Shown here in pieces: positions 15,556 through 24,952 of a stretch of 24,952 nucleotides of DNA. The position numbers and the translations under genes are program-made. Where the stretch lies: positions 1-24,952 of the IMG/VR virus record IMGVR_UViG_3300038673_000502, one strand, 5' to 3'. The stretch comes from a virus (lineage: Duplodnaviria; Caudoviricetes). The stretch's first letter is position 1, and every line of letters starts with the position of its first letter. The notes under the pieces are model-generated. The model was not told where the DNA came from. It saw nothing but the letters and a program-made list of their open reading frames with translations, and made no database searches.

Positions 15556-16737
15556 ATGTCAAGCGGAAAATTTATCACTATATCAAGCAGCGCCACGACT
15601 GGGCTCCTGTCCGGCCTTCCCCGCCGGATCGTATTCGCTACACGGGAAACCATAACCGGCTACACTCCGAACGCCTTAACCGGCCTTATTGCCGTCACCG
15701 CCGATATGGTTGACGCTTTTATCGCTGCCAACCCGACAGCGCTTGCCACGGCGCAAATGCTCGCTACCGTTTTCGGCGGTTCGATCGTGCCGGATATGGT
15801 CTACATTCTGCCAACCGGCGGCGGCGCACTCACAAACGCAATGCTCAACAAAGCGAATTATTACCCACGCAACTGGTCAATCCTGAACGTCGGATCACAG
15901 ACAAACGGTCTTGACGATGAAGCAACCTACCTTGCGGATTGCGTGGTAGCCTCGCTATGGTGTACGGATTCAACCGAGAAAATATTTATTATGTCCTTTT
16001 CGATGGCGGACGAGGGGACGCTTCCCGATGAACTGTTACTCGCGGGCGGGTCGGGTGAACCGGGCGCCCTGATGACGCAAAATCGCACGATGACGCTTGT
16101 TACAAACGCAAACACCGAAGTATCAACCGGTGTGTATGTGTACCATAACCCGCTGCTCGCTGCGCTCGTTCACGCGCTCTATGGCGGCAGTATCGCCCGG
16201 TCGATTGGTTCGCTGTCAGACGCGCACGATTTTGAAAACGTGGACGGTGATACGTACAGCGCGGCCACGCGGGCGTATATCGCGCTTAATTCCCTCGCTC
16301 AATACAATAGCGCAAAAGATCAGGGCGGGGCCTGTTTCGTGTACGACACGTTTTTGAATGATGACGTCAACCCGCCTGCATCGTTGCAGATTGAGGCGCA
16401 GCTCGCTATTGATTACATTAACGACTATTGCGTCATTACGCCGCGTAACGCGCTTATCGCAGCGGGGCGTACCGGCGTACCGGGTGATTATACCGGCGTT
16501 ATGGAAGTGGCGGCCCTTACCCGCGCCGCGCTTGACACGCTCTGGAAAGCCGGTGCGATCCTGTCAAAAACGGACGGCACGGCTGATTATACGCTCGTCA
16601 CGAAGACAGCGGCGCAAATCGCGGCGCTCGACCCAGCGTGGCAGTCAACGGGGGCGATTCCGGTCGGGGCGATCGTTGCTACGATAAAACCGTTTTCTGC
16701 AATTCATTATTATACGATTGCGTTTAATTTCAATTAA
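15556..16737 (+). CDS. Tail sheath protein (putative, compact DUF3383-like)
   Basis: 393 aa after the neck genes; C-terminal IDYI...GVPGDYTG...AIHYYTI pattern of sheath proteins; GAGGT RBS. Confidence 0.72.
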   Translation: MSSGKFITISSSATTGLLSGLPRRIVFATRETITGYTPNALTGLIAVTADMVDAFIAANPTALATAQMLATVFGGSIVPDMVYILPTGGGALTNAMLNKANYYPRNWSILNVGSQTNGLDDEATYLADCVVASLWCTDSTEKIFIMSFSMADEGTLPDELLLAGGSGEPGALMTQNRTMTLVTNANTEVSTGVYVYHNPLLAALVHALYGGSIARSIGSLSDAHDFENVDGDTYSAATRAYIALNSLAQYNSAKDQGGACFVYDTFLNDDVNPPASLQIEAQLAIDYINDYCVITPRNALIAAGRTGVPGDYTGVMEVAALTRAALDTLWKAGAILSKTDGTADYTLVTKTAAQIAALDPAWQSTGAIPVGAIVATIKPFSAIHYYTIAFNFN

Positions 16738-16750
16738 GGAAGGCCGAACG

Positions 16751-17311
16751 ATGAAAAAAATTTATATACTCATGGCACTGGTTATAACGTTTTTTCGGAA
16801 ACTGTTTCACGTACCGACCGCACAGGCGGCCAACGCGCAGGAATCCCTGTCCGTCGTCATGGGTCAATGCGTGGCGACGTTTACCGCGAAGCTTTCCGGC
16901 GACTCAATTTCGTTCGGCGGAGAAACGTTCTACAATGAGGAAGATTTACTCGGAGACATAACGCTTGATACGGAGCGCGGCAAGCGATATATGTCTGCTG
17001 ATGGTTCGCGTGGCGTACTCATTCAGTCCATGCCCAGGGCCGGAAGCCGGGAAATTAAATTTTTGCTCGGTGAAAATCTGGACAAATTGAAAAGCTGGGG
17101 ACAGGCAAAAATTCAAACACTGTTTGATTTTGATTTTTATTATGTCTACAACACGCAATCGGCGGAAGGTGCCCGGATTCAGCGGCATAAGAACTGCTAT
17201 TTTACCAAAATGCCGCTTGCGGGCGTGGGGCGGGACCGGGGATACATAACGGCTGAAATATCTTTTGAAGACGTGGCCGAAGTTGACCCGGCAACCGATA
17301 AGGAAATATAG
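16751..17311 (+). CDS. Tail tube protein (putative) with hydrophobic N-terminal leader
   Basis: Directly follows the sheath; MSADGSRG and CYFTKMP..G.GR patterns of myovirus tubes; AAGGAAGG 7 nt before ATG 16751. Confidence 0.68.
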   Translation: MKKIYILMALVITFFRKLFHVPTAQAANAQESLSVVMGQCVATFTAKLSGDSISFGGETFYNEEDLLGDITLDTERGKRYMSADGSRGVLIQSMPRAGSREIKFLLGENLDKLKSWGQAKIQTLFDFDFYYVYNTQSAEGARIQRHKNCYFTKMPLAGVGRDRGYITAEISFEDVAEVDPATDKEI

Positions 17312-17314
17312 GCC

Positions 17315-17761
17315 ATGACGTTTGAACTGCCGAAAATCACCCAGGCGCGTTTACAGATCATCAACGCCGACAGTAAAACAATCGGCGACGGGACGACGGA
17401 CGATCCAACCGCTGAGGAACGCGCCTGGCTCGATCTTATTGCCTCAACCGCTCCGGAGCTTGACGTTAAGAAAAAGCGCGTGTCGGTATGTGCGATTGCG
17501 GACGTGGTAGACTACGACACCAACGCGGTACGGGTGCGGTATGATGGTATCATATACACCGTCAGAAAGCCGACAAACAGTCTGCAAATTGCACGCGCCC
17601 GCGAACGGTCGGCGATGGCGGCTTTTGAAACGCTCGCGGCGCAATTCTGCGTCATGATCGACGGCGTGCCGTGCAAGTCCGATTTTTCAGGCGTGCCGGT
17701 TGAAGTGATCATTCTGTTGTCGAACGTGGCCGACAGATTTTTTTTTACGCCGTATCTATGA
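17315..17761 (+). CDS. Tail assembly chaperone (gpG-like)
   Basis: Between tube and tape measure; ends in a T9 slippery run (FFF). Confidence 0.65.
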   Translation: MTFELPKITQARLQIINADSKTIGDGTTDDPTAEERAWLDLIASTAPELDVKKKRVSVCAIADVVDYDTNAVRVRYDGIIYTVRKPTNSLQIARARERSAMAAFETLAAQFCVMIDGVPCKSDFSGVPVEVIILLSNVADRFFFTPYL

Positions 17762-17886
17762 TCGAATGGGATTTGTTGATCGTGTCCCGCGTGTTGTCGT
17801 ACACCGAAGCCGGGATGATTGATTATGAGGATGCGGAACGGTTATTACATGTATTCTTGAGGGTGAACGGATATGCCGCAACTTGA
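17758..17886 (+). CDS. Tail assembly chaperone second ORF (gpT-like), probably reached by -1 frameshift
   Basis: 42-aa ORF MIEWDLLIVSRVLSYTEAGMIDYEDAERLLHVFLRVNGYAAT in the -1 frame, open back to the T9 run at 17738-17746; not in the ORF track. Confidence 0.6.
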   Translation: MIEWDLLIVSRVLSYTEAGMIDYEDAERLLHVFLRVNGYAAT

Positions 17887-18937
17887 CAACTATCTGGTAT
17901 CGCTCGGGTTGAAGGGTCAAAACGTCGTCCTTTCCACTCTCGAAAAGGTACGAAAAAAAGGAAAAGATTTATCTAAAAAACCGATCACGATACCCACAAA
18001 CACAAAAGCGGGAAAAGGGGGCAAATCTGCGCCAGGAACCAAACCCGGAGCGCAACCGGGAAAAGCGGGCGAACCGTCGTCGGAAAAAAAATCAAGCGGC
18101 AAATTTGATAAGGCCGTTGATAAATTTAAAAATTCCACGACCAATTTCGCCAATAATATGTCTCGCCTTGACCCGGTTCATGCTATAGAATCCGGGCTTT
18201 CTGCCATGTCTAAAATCGCCATTGCCGGAATTCCGTTTGCCCTCGCGCAAGCCGGTTTGTCGATGGCGTCTAATATGATCGCTATGGCAAAAGGCAACGC
18301 GGCGGCGCAATACGGTATAGTGCAGCGGAACGCTACGGCAGAATACTACGGTGGCGGTATCAGACAAATTTCCCGCATGTCGAACGAGGAGCAGGCGGCG
18401 CTCAGGATGACCGTTGGGGTCGCGATGGGTAAAGTGCAACGGCCCCTGGCTGACGCGATCAATAAGCTGCTTGCGGGCGCTGATAATTTCAATACGCAGG
18501 CGTTGGCTCGCGTCGCCTCCGGTAACTGGGCGTCCACGGGTACCGATGAAGGGTGGATGCTTCAGCAACTATCAGACGCTTTCCAGGGCTTGCCGCCGTC
18601 CATTGCTCAAAAATTTCAAGCGTCTCTCTTGACAAAGTACGGCGCGGACATGATCCAAAAAACCAACGAGAAAATAGGCGAGAGTGCCGCCCAACAAGCC
18701 AACGCTGCGTGGCAAAACCGGGACGAGGAACAAATCGCGGCCATTTCCGCCGCGATAAATGATCCGACCAAAAGGGCCAACGGAAAAACCAATTTACAAA
18801 ACCTTTATGAATTAAATGACAAACTGAAAAATTTACAAGTGGGAATGGTGGCCGCCGGTTCTGCCGTGACCACGGCGTTGAATTATGTCGCGACACAAAT
18901 TAACGCGATGGGAACAAAAATCAGGTTGGAAAAATAG
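17873..18937 (+). CDS. Tape measure protein (short, putative)
   Basis: Follows the chaperones; LDNYLVSLG start typical of this class; Ala/Gln-rich and helical with a hydrophobic segment. Confidence 0.68.
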   Translation: MPQLDNYLVSLGLKGQNVVLSTLEKVRKKGKDLSKKPITIPTNTKAGKGGKSAPGTKPGAQPGKAGEPSSEKKSSGKFDKAVDKFKNSTTNFANNMSRLDPVHAIESGLSAMSKIAIAGIPFALAQAGLSMASNMIAMAKGNAAAQYGIVQRNATAEYYGGGIRQISRMSNEEQAALRMTVGVAMGKVQRPLADAINKLLAGADNFNTQALARVASGNWASTGTDEGWMLQQLSDAFQGLPPSIAQKFQASLLTKYGADMIQKTNEKIGESAAQQANAAWQNRDEEQIAAISAAINDPTKRANGKTNLQNLYELNDKLKNLQVGMVAAGSAVTTALNYVATQINAMGTKIRLEK

Positions 18938-19611
18938 TGGCTGTATCAATCGACATTTCAAAAATAATCAGCGGGGCCGTGACAAGTTTCATCGACTCGG
19001 CGATTATTATTGGACTGCCGACGACGGACGCGCCCGCTGCCACGTTCGTGTTATGCGAAATTCCAAATGAACGTGCCCGCGCCTCTGTCAGACTACCCGG
19101 AAATCTGACCCAGGCGGGGGAGTTTAAAGCCCGTACCGTGATAGATGCGTCCACTGTTGAACTGGACATTATACTGTCTGACATCCCCGCGTCCCGCGAT
19201 CAAAGCACTTTTCGCGCCATTCAGACGGCGCTCAATGGCGTGGCCCTCGTGACCAATTCCCTCGCCTCATTCGGCGCGGTACTGCCGAACCTGTCCGGCC
19301 TGTCCGTCGGGTATGTCGCCTCGTGCATCTCTACGCTGAATCAAATGAAAAATTACATGAAGCCGGTTATACTGCTTGGCTCGTATTTGCCGCTTGGTAT
19401 ATTACAACAATCTACGCCGTATTTACAAAGTGCGTGGTACATTGAAGAAATCAGCCCACCGCACAATGCGGGGGAGGCGGGCGTGGCCATGACGATTAAA
19501 CTGCGCGAACAGTTTTCCGCGCGCGATACGTCTGCACTCGGCGCGGTTTTGGCCGTGGCCTCCGCCGTTGTCGCACCGAACGGCGGGGCGATTTTGGGGG
19601 ACATGTTTTGA
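18937..19611 (+). CDS. Baseplate / tail tube initiator (Dit-like, putative)
   Basis: GTG start overlapping the tape measure stop; position; terminal MTIKLREQ pattern. Confidence 0.5.
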   Translation: MAVSIDISKIISGAVTSFIDSAIIIGLPTTDAPAATFVLCEIPNERARASVRLPGNLTQAGEFKARTVIDASTVELDIILSDIPASRDQSTFRAIQTALNGVALVTNSLASFGAVLPNLSGLSVGYVASCISTLNQMKNYMKPVILLGSYLPLGILQQSTPYLQSAWYIEEISPPHNAGEAGVAMTIKLREQFSARDTSALGAVLAVASAVVAPNGGAILGDMF

Positions 19612-19922
19612 GTTACTTTACCGACATAACCCAGGCGGCGATTACCGACCTTTTTCAATTTCAAACGCCTGCCGTCGGCGTACAAAATGCCGTGCGGTGC
19701 GTCAGCGGAGAGCTTGCCGTATGGGAATACGTGCGCACGGACGATAATGGAAATCATCTGATTCAGATATACGACGCGACGACTGGAACGCCTGAATACA
19801 TGGCGACAGTTTACGCCCTTCCGGGCCGGGACGTATTTTGCGGTCTTTTTTCGACAGGCGCGATCCCGTCGGGGGACATTTTGGACACCGACACCATATA
19901 CTACAGGATTGATTATTTATGA
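19608..19922 (+). CDS. Small baseplate protein (putative)
   Basis: TTG start with 4-nt overlap and GGGG upstream; conserved slot before the hub. Confidence 0.5.
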   Translation: MSYFTDITQAAITDLFQFQTPAVGVQNAVRCVSGELAVWEYVRTDDNGNHLIQIYDATTGTPEYMATVYALPGRDVFCGLFSTGAIPSGDILDTDTIYYRIDYL

Positions 19923-21043
19923 TACTGTTTTATCCGACCGCCGGTGTCTGCACACCGATTATTATAGCCGACATGCTGGACAATTCTGACCAGTGGAGTG
20001 CGGCGAAAGCGCTTGCTCTTGCGGCGCAGAATAAACCCGACGACGTGACCGTCGTCAACAAACCAAAAATATACTCGTGTAAATATAACTATAGCGTACA
20101 GCACAACGGCGTGCCGCTTGGCGCGGCGCTTAAAATGTCGTTTCGCGCGGCCATTTCCTCGCCGCCGTCTGAATTGATTGCGCGGGTATCGGTGGACTAT
20201 GTCTCATCCGCTGAGTCTATTGACCAAATGTCAGACGCGCTCGTCGCGTATGCAAATCCGCAATTTAAAATTTTAACGGCGGTTGTCGTTGAACGCATTT
20301 CCGCAACGTCTGAAATAAGCCGATCATTCGTCGCATATTCTGTCATTTTGCAACCGGACGCCTACGGCACCAACGCTACACTATTTATCAAGGGCGCGGC
20401 GTTCTATGACGCGCTGATACGGTCAGAACTTGGGTATCAGCTTAATACCACAGAACCGCTTAATACGCAGCTAACCGCACTGTGCGCTGATCTTGATTAT
20501 ACGTGCGTTTTCGATTCAGGCGTCGCCACAGCCGCACCGGCGAGTGGTAGACTGTTTCAGCCGACCACACTTTCAAAAATTTTGGATGAAATCTGTTTGC
20601 AAAATAAAATCATTCCAGAAATCGACGAACCGTGTAAAACAATCCGATTCCACGCCCAGAACGCGGAACCTGCTGCAGCCGCCGCACCGGCTAAATACAC
20701 ATTTTCATTTTTGGGGTACGGAAAATCGGCGCTTGTGTGGGGTGTGGGCGTCGAAAACTACGCAAACGTAAAATTTAAAACGCCGATTTTTGACGCGAAA
20801 CTGTTTGAGAAAATCACTATATATAATGATAGCCAATCGGCGCTATTTCAGGGATTTAAAAAAGCCAGTCCGAAAATCGGGGCATTAATACCCGCTTCGT
20901 ACAATGCGTACATTTTGCGCTACACGATCGACCGGAACGATTCGGAATTGTGTTGCGAGGTAACGGCAACAAACAACTGGTTGCTCGCGCAAATACGAAT
21001 TGACGGCATTTTGGAAACAAAAATATTCGGGGGCGCGTTATGA
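19919..21043 (+). CDS. Baseplate hub protein (putative)
   Basis: 374 aa, positioned before a spike-like gene; ATGA overlaps at both ends. Confidence 0.58.
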   Translation: MILFYPTAGVCTPIIIADMLDNSDQWSAAKALALAAQNKPDDVTVVNKPKIYSCKYNYSVQHNGVPLGAALKMSFRAAISSPPSELIARVSVDYVSSAESIDQMSDALVAYANPQFKILTAVVVERISATSEISRSFVAYSVILQPDAYGTNATLFIKGAAFYDALIRSELGYQLNTTEPLNTQLTALCADLDYTCVFDSGVATAAPASGRLFQPTTLSKILDEICLQNKIIPEIDEPCKTIRFHAQNAEPAAAAAPAKYTFSFLGYGKSALVWGVGVENYANVKFKTPIFDAKLFEKITIYNDSQSALFQGFKKASPKIGALIPASYNAYILRYTIDRNDSELCCEVTATNNWLLAQIRIDGILETKIFGGAL

Positions 21044-21555
21044 TATACGCGGCAACAGTAAAGGGAGAAGGTACGACAGCCGGGACGTATCTTGTCAAGC
21101 CGCATTATACGCGGATAGACGGAACGGACGCTCCGGACATCGAAGCGTTGCCAGTCGACGGCCTTGTTCCCGAAACTGACGATGTGGTATTTTGCATTGA
21201 GGGTATGAACGACTTTTCTCAGGCAATACAAATGATTTTTAACGACAACGGCGGCGCGTTTCCGCTCATCGTCGCGTCACTCGCGCAGGCGCTTGTTTAT
21301 GCGATTGACTTGCAAATAAAAGGTAAGGTCAAACTTGGCGACGGCGGAAAAAAAATGGTTCTCGGCGATACGATAAAAACCGAAGTCCAAAAAATGATCG
21401 ATCAGATCACGCAATTACGCCAGGATTTCGCGTCGTGGACGCCCGTCGCGCAGGACGGAGGCGCGGCGCTCAAAACGGTTATTACCGCAGGATTCGCAAT
21501 GAAACCGGACGCGGATTTGTCGGAAATTTTATCGGATAATCACGAATTGGATTGA
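21040..21555 (+). CDS. Baseplate central spike protein (putative)
   Basis: N-terminal OB-like pattern (YLVKP...VPETDDVVFC), then VKLGDG..KMVLGD and WTPVAQDGGAALK. Confidence 0.6.
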   Translation: MIYAATVKGEGTTAGTYLVKPHYTRIDGTDAPDIEALPVDGLVPETDDVVFCIEGMNDFSQAIQMIFNDNGGAFPLIVASLAQALVYAIDLQIKGKVKLGDGGKKMVLGDTIKTEVQKMIDQITQLRQDFASWTPVAQDGGAALKTVITAGFAMKPDADLSEILSDNHELD

Positions 21556-21563
21556 GGTGGAGT

Positions 21564-21845
21564 ATGGCAATTATGCTTGACAGCGACGGAAATATAGTAG
21601 TTGATGCAACTACGGGCCTGTCGAAACAGGTGACAGGTAAACAGTCGCTTGAGCAGGACGCAATGAGCGAGTGCCGGTGCGAACAGGGTGGTAATTTTGC
21701 GGACAGTGATTATGGTAGAAATCCGCTCGTGTGGAAATTATCACAAAGCTCGGCGGATAAAGTGGCGGACGTAAAACGGATCGTTTCAAAATATTACAAT
21801 CCGTATTCGATCACATACGAAAACGGAGTTATAACGGTGAATTAA
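21564..21845 (+). CDS. Baseplate wedge / sheath initiator (gp25/gp46-like, putative)
   Basis: LDSDGNIV...EQGGNFADSDYG pattern; GAGGTGGAG before ATG 21564. Confidence 0.6.
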   Translation: MAIMLDSDGNIVVDATTGLSKQVTGKQSLEQDAMSECRCEQGGNFADSDYGRNPLVWKLSQSSADKVADVKRIVSKYYNPYSITYENGVITVN

Positions 21846-21846
21846 A

Positions 21847-23250
21847 ATGCCTATCGAAAATGGAATATACACAGAGCTTACATTCGAGGACGCGCTTGAA
21901 GCCATAATGAACAACGCGCCGTCGTCAATCGTATTCAGTCCCGGCAACCCGCCGGAATTGATACTTGCCAATATGTTCGCCCAGGGTGACGTTAATGTTG
22001 ATCGGTTTATCGGTGAAACGCTTGCTGCACTCATGTCTCCGGTTGGCGCAACCATCGACCTTCTAAATCCGAACAACCCGCGCCGGGCCGCCGTTGCCGC
22101 GTCAGGATATATTTCTGTCACCAACTCGTCGCCGGACGCGGTGGCGATTAAGCCTGACACACTTGTTATCGCGTCCAGCGGGCAGGAATATACCGTCGGC
22201 ACATCTTCTTTTGTAATCCCCGGCAGCGGAACGGCATATATTTTCGTTACTTGTTTGGAAACCGGTATCGGCGGGAACATTCCGGCGGGACGAACATTCA
22301 CCGTATCTGGATACGGTGATCTGTCCGGCGTGAATACACTACCGATTCTAAACGGCGCGGCGGCAGAAAGCGACGCGACGTATCTTAACCGTGTCACGGC
22401 GGAAAAAACGGAATACGGCTCTCAAAGCGGATCGGTGGCGGTTGAAACGGCGATAAAAACGGTTTATACTGATGCGCGGATATATGTTAATCCCACGTCG
22501 TCAGCGCTCACCATTCCAGTGCCTGTCCCGGCGCATGGGTATAATCTCGTCGTTCTCGTCCCGAACGGTACGCTTGCCACTGCTGAGGACATCGCGCAGA
22601 TTTTTGAAATTTTATCCGAGCGGTTGGAATTTATCAACGCGCAGAACGCAGGTGACTCGCTTCACGCGGTCATGAGCGGTACGATTTACACGTCTGAAGT
22701 CCCCGTATCGTATTTTTTCACCGTCGCGCAGCCGGTCGTGACAGCCCTCGACGCCGTAATAAACATTCGGGCGTCCAGCCTCGCCGAACGGTCAGAGCTG
22801 ATCGCGCAGGCAAATAGTTTCGCGAAATCGTTTATTGACCGGCTTGTGACCATGTTTTCCGGCGTGGACGGCACCACTACCGTAACGTACAGCGACGAAG
22901 AAGGCGACGACGTGGAAACCGACATCGACATTGCAGGAAGCGCGACGCTTGCCGGTTCAATCGCTCCCGCGTTCGGTATCGCCACCATTCAGTCACTTGT
23001 GTGTGATATAGACACCGTTGCCGATACGCCGCAAATCCTTTATGATTCGGTCGATACGCTTGATATGGTCATTGACCCGGACGTTGACGGCGAAGCGTCG
23101 GTCACGTTGTCGCTCGAAAGCGGCATGACTAAATTCATCGATTTTAAAAACGACGCGCTGTTTAGCGATAGTTCATCGTGGTATGATCGGTATCTGTTTA
23201 TCGACCCGGCGAACATAACAATAACCGTGCAGGTGACGGAATGGATTTAG
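21847..23250 (+). CDS. Baseplate J / gp47-like wedge protein
   Basis: VTCLETGIGGNIPAG and GAAAESDATYLNR are baseplate-J signatures. Confidence 0.85.
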   Translation: MPIENGIYTELTFEDALEAIMNNAPSSIVFSPGNPPELILANMFAQGDVNVDRFIGETLAALMSPVGATIDLLNPNNPRRAAVAASGYISVTNSSPDAVAIKPDTLVIASSGQEYTVGTSSFVIPGSGTAYIFVTCLETGIGGNIPAGRTFTVSGYGDLSGVNTLPILNGAAAESDATYLNRVTAEKTEYGSQSGSVAVETAIKTVYTDARIYVNPTSSALTIPVPVPAHGYNLVVLVPNGTLATAEDIAQIFEILSERLEFINAQNAGDSLHAVMSGTIYTSEVPVSYFFTVAQPVVTALDAVINIRASSLAERSELIAQANSFAKSFIDRLVTMFSGVDGTTTVTYSDEEGDDVETDIDIAGSATLAGSIAPAFGIATIQSLVCDIDTVADTPQILYDSVDTLDMVIDPDVDGEASVTLSLESGMTKFIDFKNDALFSDSSSWYDRYLFIDPANITITVQVTEWI

Positions 23251-24341
23251 CTGCGAAAATGACCGTTGCTGCATTGACGCCACCGGGGTATTTTAACCTT
23301 GCAGAAGACGCCCCCGCGACGCATAAGGCGTATATTACATGGTGGAACGCCATTCTGGCCGAACGCACGGCCCAGGCCCAGGCGCTAAAAACCCTTATTC
23401 TGACGCCGTGGCTCGTCACTCATCTTGACAGCCCCCGGACGCCGTGGCTCGACTACCTGCTCAGGCAATACGGCTTTGGATTTTTCGGCGGGACGAACAA
23501 CCAGGCGGCGGCGTTATATAAACTCGTATCAAGCGGCTGGAATAGAAGCACCATAAAAAATATTATCATGGTCATTCAGACGTTATGTCTCGCGCCGTTT
23601 TCATGGTTTGATAGTACGCTGCTGCCGTACATTATCGTTGGAAACCTGGTACCGTCCGTCGCCGATACCGGATTTATCATCTATTCCACAGCCGAGACCA
23701 CGCCCGCGACGCCTGCACCGACGGCATACGCGGCGCGCGCGTGGGTAACGCCGTCGGGATGGACAAGCGCCGCGTCAAGCGCGACGTACTATTCACGCGG
23801 GTATATTTCCGGCGCGACACTCGTATGGTGCGCGCCGCGCCCCGTGTCTGATTTTGCGACGCCGCCCGCGTATTCTGCGTCGGTGCCGTTGGCGGTCGCG
23901 TCAGAAGGGACGCTCTGCATTGTGTACGATGACGGCACGGGCGACCACGGGGCAGTATATTATTCCGACGGCACCGCGTGGCGCAAAAGTTCGTACACGA
24001 ATAGTGATCTTGGGCTCGTTACTCCGGGCGCGTCTCGCCCTGACCCGGAGGCCGTCACCGTATTCGCGCCGAACCCGGCAAGTGTGGCATATACTATTGA
24101 TTCAGCGCAACCGCCGCCCGCCGACGGGCCTACCGGGGGGTATGGCACCTTTGCGACGTGGGCGGCGACGGCGATTATAACAAATGAAATTACCATTCAG
24201 TTAAGCCAGCTCGCGGGCGGCGCGGTCGCCACGGCTACACTGTTTGAGTTGCTCCGCCGGATCATTCCGACGGGAAAAACTATTATTGTGAACATTGACA
24301 GTACAACCTATACCATCACAGACAAAAGGAGAATATCATGA
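23241..24341 (+). CDS. Baseplate wedge (gpI-like) protein with inserted fibre-like domain (putative)
   Basis: WLDYLLRQYG and terminal LRRIIPTG bracket a Thr/Pro/Ala-rich middle with YYSDGTAWR; lies between baseplate J and the tail fibre. Confidence 0.55.
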   Translation: MDLAAKMTVAALTPPGYFNLAEDAPATHKAYITWWNAILAERTAQAQALKTLILTPWLVTHLDSPRTPWLDYLLRQYGFGFFGGTNNQAAALYKLVSSGWNRSTIKNIIMVIQTLCLAPFSWFDSTLLPYIIVGNLVPSVADTGFIIYSTAETTPATPAPTAYAARAWVTPSGWTSAASSATYYSRGYISGATLVWCAPRPVSDFATPPAYSASVPLAVASEGTLCIVYDDGTGDHGAVYYSDGTAWRKSSYTNSDLGLVTPGASRPDPEAVTVFAPNPASVAYTIDSAQPPPADGPTGGYGTFATWAATAIITNEITIQLSQLAGGAVATATLFELLRRIIPTGKTIIVNIDSTTYTITDKRRIS

Positions 24342-24952
24342 CACTGCCATATTCCGACCCATCCAACCCCGCACTACCGTCGCCGCTTTTTAGCGACGTC
24401 ACGGCTGTGCGCGGCGATCACATGCGGGCCAACAACGCGGCGATTTTTTCCGATCTTGAATTTATTAGCGATTATCTTGAACAGATTTTCACCGACGACG
24501 ATCAGCTTACGGTAGACGAAATTCTGGAAAAAACGCCCGGTGCCGGGGTTACGATTGACGGAGTAATCTGTAAGGATGGGGTTGTCACCGCCGATCTGGT
24601 GGGGGACGTGACTGGAGACGTCACCGGTAATGTGACAGGGAACTGTTCGGGAAGCTCTGGTAGTTGCACTGGTAATGCGGCGACAGTTACCAATGGAGTT
24701 TACACAACTGGCGCACAGTCGATTGCAGGAGTTAAAACATTTACCAATACTACTGAGTCAACAACGAAAGATACGGGTGCGGTTATTGTTGAAGGGGGTA
24801 TCGGTGCTGAAAAAAATATAGTGAACGGCGGATATCTTAAAAGCGGATTAGGCAGGAGAATGACAGCGGATATTCATGGCAATAATGTAACCAGGGGTGC
24901 AGTTTATACTGCCTTATCTTCTTATCTTCCTAATATTGGCGATTTCATGGTT
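24338..24952 (+). CDS. Tail fibre protein, N-terminal part (truncated at window edge)
   Basis: Hand translation from ATG 24338 (AGGAG RBS) is open to the end: ...GDVTGDVTGNVTGNCSGSSGSCTGNAATVTNGVYTTGAQSIAGVKTF...TGAVIVEGGIG, typical fibre repeats. Confidence 0.8.
   Translation, partial: MTLPYSDPSNPALPSPLFSDVTAVRGDHMRANNAAIFSDLEFISDYLEQIFTDDDQLTVDEILEKTPGAGVTIDGVICKDGVVTADLVGDVTGDVTGNVTGNCSGSSGSCTGNAATVTNGVYTTGAQSIAGVKTFTNTTESTTKDTGAVIVEGGIGAEKNIVNGGYLKSGLGRRMTADIHGNNVTRGAVYTALSSYLPNIGDFMV

Noticed and set aside
24595-24680. Short tandem repeats (GGNGACGTNACN-like) as a DNA repeat element or DGR target
   Set aside because: Synonymous positions vary, so the repeat is at the protein level (G[DN]VT fibre repeats); no reverse transcriptase or template repeat in the window.
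1-24952. Stop-codon reassignment, tRNA genes, integrase/att site, introns or inteins
   Set aside because: TAA, TGA and TAG all end genes at tight junctions; no cloverleaf, recombinase or splicing motifs were recognised by eye. Lifestyle cannot be settled from this window.

Overview
A 25-kb segment of a tailed dsDNA phage or prophage with a contractile (myovirus-type) tail, read in standard code 11. The left arm (minus strand, 1-4063) is a replication/recombination module: HNH endonuclease, LexA-like wHTH protein, DUF2800/Cas4-like nuclease, DUF2815-type SSB and a family A DNA polymerase that runs off the window and is absent from the ORF track. A ~530-bp repeat-rich divergent intergenic region follows (candidate origin/control region). 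The right arm (plus strand, 4600-24952) is one tightly packed late operon. It begins with a two-domain glycosyltransferase, then terminases, portal, MuF, a Zn-finger protein, DUF2213-like protease/scaffold, decoration and major capsid proteins, neck, sheath, tube, frameshifted chaperone, a short tape measure, baseplate and the start of a tail fibre. The most interesting signal is a recurring (hydrophobic/Ala)-x-Asn-[Ala/Ser/Gly/Asp/Glu] motif concentrated in presumably removable parts of head proteins. It flanks an AT-rich 54-aa insert in the protease and ends a scaffold-like leader on an AT-rich orphan gene. This suggests a protease-released capsid cargo system. All family calls come from motif recognition and gene order only; no database searches were run.
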